NCBI GenBank assembly: GCA_002101235.1
Contig: LWTL01000117.1
Span: 27,432 to 91,431, forward strand
Origin: Cycloclasticus sp. symbiont of Bathymodiolus heckerae
GTDB taxonomy: Bacteria; Pseudomonadota; Gammaproteobacteria; Methylococcales; Cycloclasticaceae
Direction of reading: 5' to 3'
DNA: 64,000 bases
Under the pieces are notes generated by a model that saw only the letters and a program-made list of their open reading frames with translations, did no database searches and was not told the DNA's origin. The position numbers and the translations under genes were made by a program. This document shows positions 63,421 to 64,000 of this stretch, one piece after another (position 1 is the first letter of the stretch; each line of letters starts with the position of its first letter).

Positions 63421-64000
63421 TCATTTTCGTCTAGCCGCATGGAACCGCTTTAACAGTTCCAATATTTTTTCGGGCTTATGGCCTTTTTTCCAAACCCCTG
63501 CGGTGTATTTATTGGCTTCTGCCCATGTCGGGTATGCGTGAATGGTGCCTAATATTTTATTTAAACCCAAGCCATGCTTCATCGCTAATACAAACTCGGG
63601 CAGCATTTCACCTGCGTGTTCACCGACAATGGTAACGCCTAAAATTTTGTCTTTGCCAACAGGTGTTAACACGCTAACAAAGCCGTCTGTTTTACCGTCT
63701 ACGATTGCCCTGTCCAATTCGTCTAATTGAAACACCGTGGTTTCAGTTACAAGCCCTAACGCTTCAGCAGACTGTTCGTTATACCCTACACTGGCTATTT
63801 CTGGCTCTGTAAAGGTAACGCGCGGTATTACACGGTTATCCGCCTTAAAACGCCACATACTTCCAAATAAGCTGTTAACAGCGCTATACCACGCATAGTG
63901 CGCGGCAGTATGGGTAAACTGATAAGGCCCCGCCACATCGCCACAAGCATAGATAGTCGGCACGCTGGTGCGCATGTGCTTATTAACTTCAATCGTTCCT
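63421..64000 (-). CDS. FAD-dependent pyridine nucleotide-disulfide oxidoreductase (5' part outside the window)
   Basis: The frame stays open to the window edge (GTIEVNKHMRTS). Motifs: IYACGDVAGPYQFTH, TFTEPEIASVG, GKILGVTIVG and IHAYPT dimerisation domain. No MerA C-terminal CC pair. Confidence 0.88.
   Translation of the reverse strand, partial: GTIEVNKHMRTSVPTIYACGDVAGPYQFTHTAAHYAWYSAVNSLFGSMWRFKADNRVIPRVTFTEPEIASVGYNEQSAEALGLVTETTVFQLDELDRAIVDGKTDGFVSVLTPVGKDKILGVTIVGEHAGEMLPEFVLAMKHGLGLNKILGTIHAYPTWAEANKYTAGVWKKGHKPEKILELLKRFHAARRK

Noticed and set aside
63421-64000. Calling the flavoprotein merA or lpdA
   Set aside because: No C-terminal CC, no HPHPT motif, and no mer or pdh/odh context; the N-terminus is not visible.

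Overview
A 64-kb chromosomal window from an AT-rich Gammaproteobacterium (roughly 40-42% GC by eye). The gene order looks Methylococcales/Thiotrichales-like and Cycloclasticus-like, but that is a guess. Almost everything from 4.3 to 56.8 kb is on the minus strand. Most of it is core genome: rpsB-tsf-pyrH-frr-uppS-cdsA-dxr-rseP-bamA-skp-lpxD-fabZ-lpxA-lpxB-rnhB-dnaE-accA-tilS-pyrG-kdsA-eno-ftsB-ispDF-truD-(uppP, smr)-surE-pcm-yqaA-nlpD-rpoS-alaC-hom-thrC-recJ, plus map-glnD, an Rrf2-sufBCDSU operon, prfB (programmed frameshift)-lysS, and ygfZ/DUF1674/sdhC. The accessory parts are the most interesting. (i) At the right edge is an arsenosugar-type cluster: flavoprotein disulfide reductase, radical SAM ArsS, ArsM-like methyltransferase and TIGR04283-type glycosyltransferase. 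Its ArsS appears to carry a 2-codon deletion in a conserved motif. (ii) A MoxY/MxcQ-like sensor, NarL-type regulator and LanA/LutH-like TonB receptor lie between recJ and prfB, with no dehydrogenase nearby. (iii) Two separate decayed HNH-nuclease remnants sit at the 3' ends of lysS and recJ. (iv) Several unannotated small elements: a 53-aa SDHAF4/DUF1674 ORF, a near-perfect 14-bp operator palindrome ahead of the suf regulator, and a multibranch structured rpsB-tsf spacer. No rRNA, tRNA, CRISPR array, integrase or intact transposase was seen. All family assignments come from motif recognition, not database searches.
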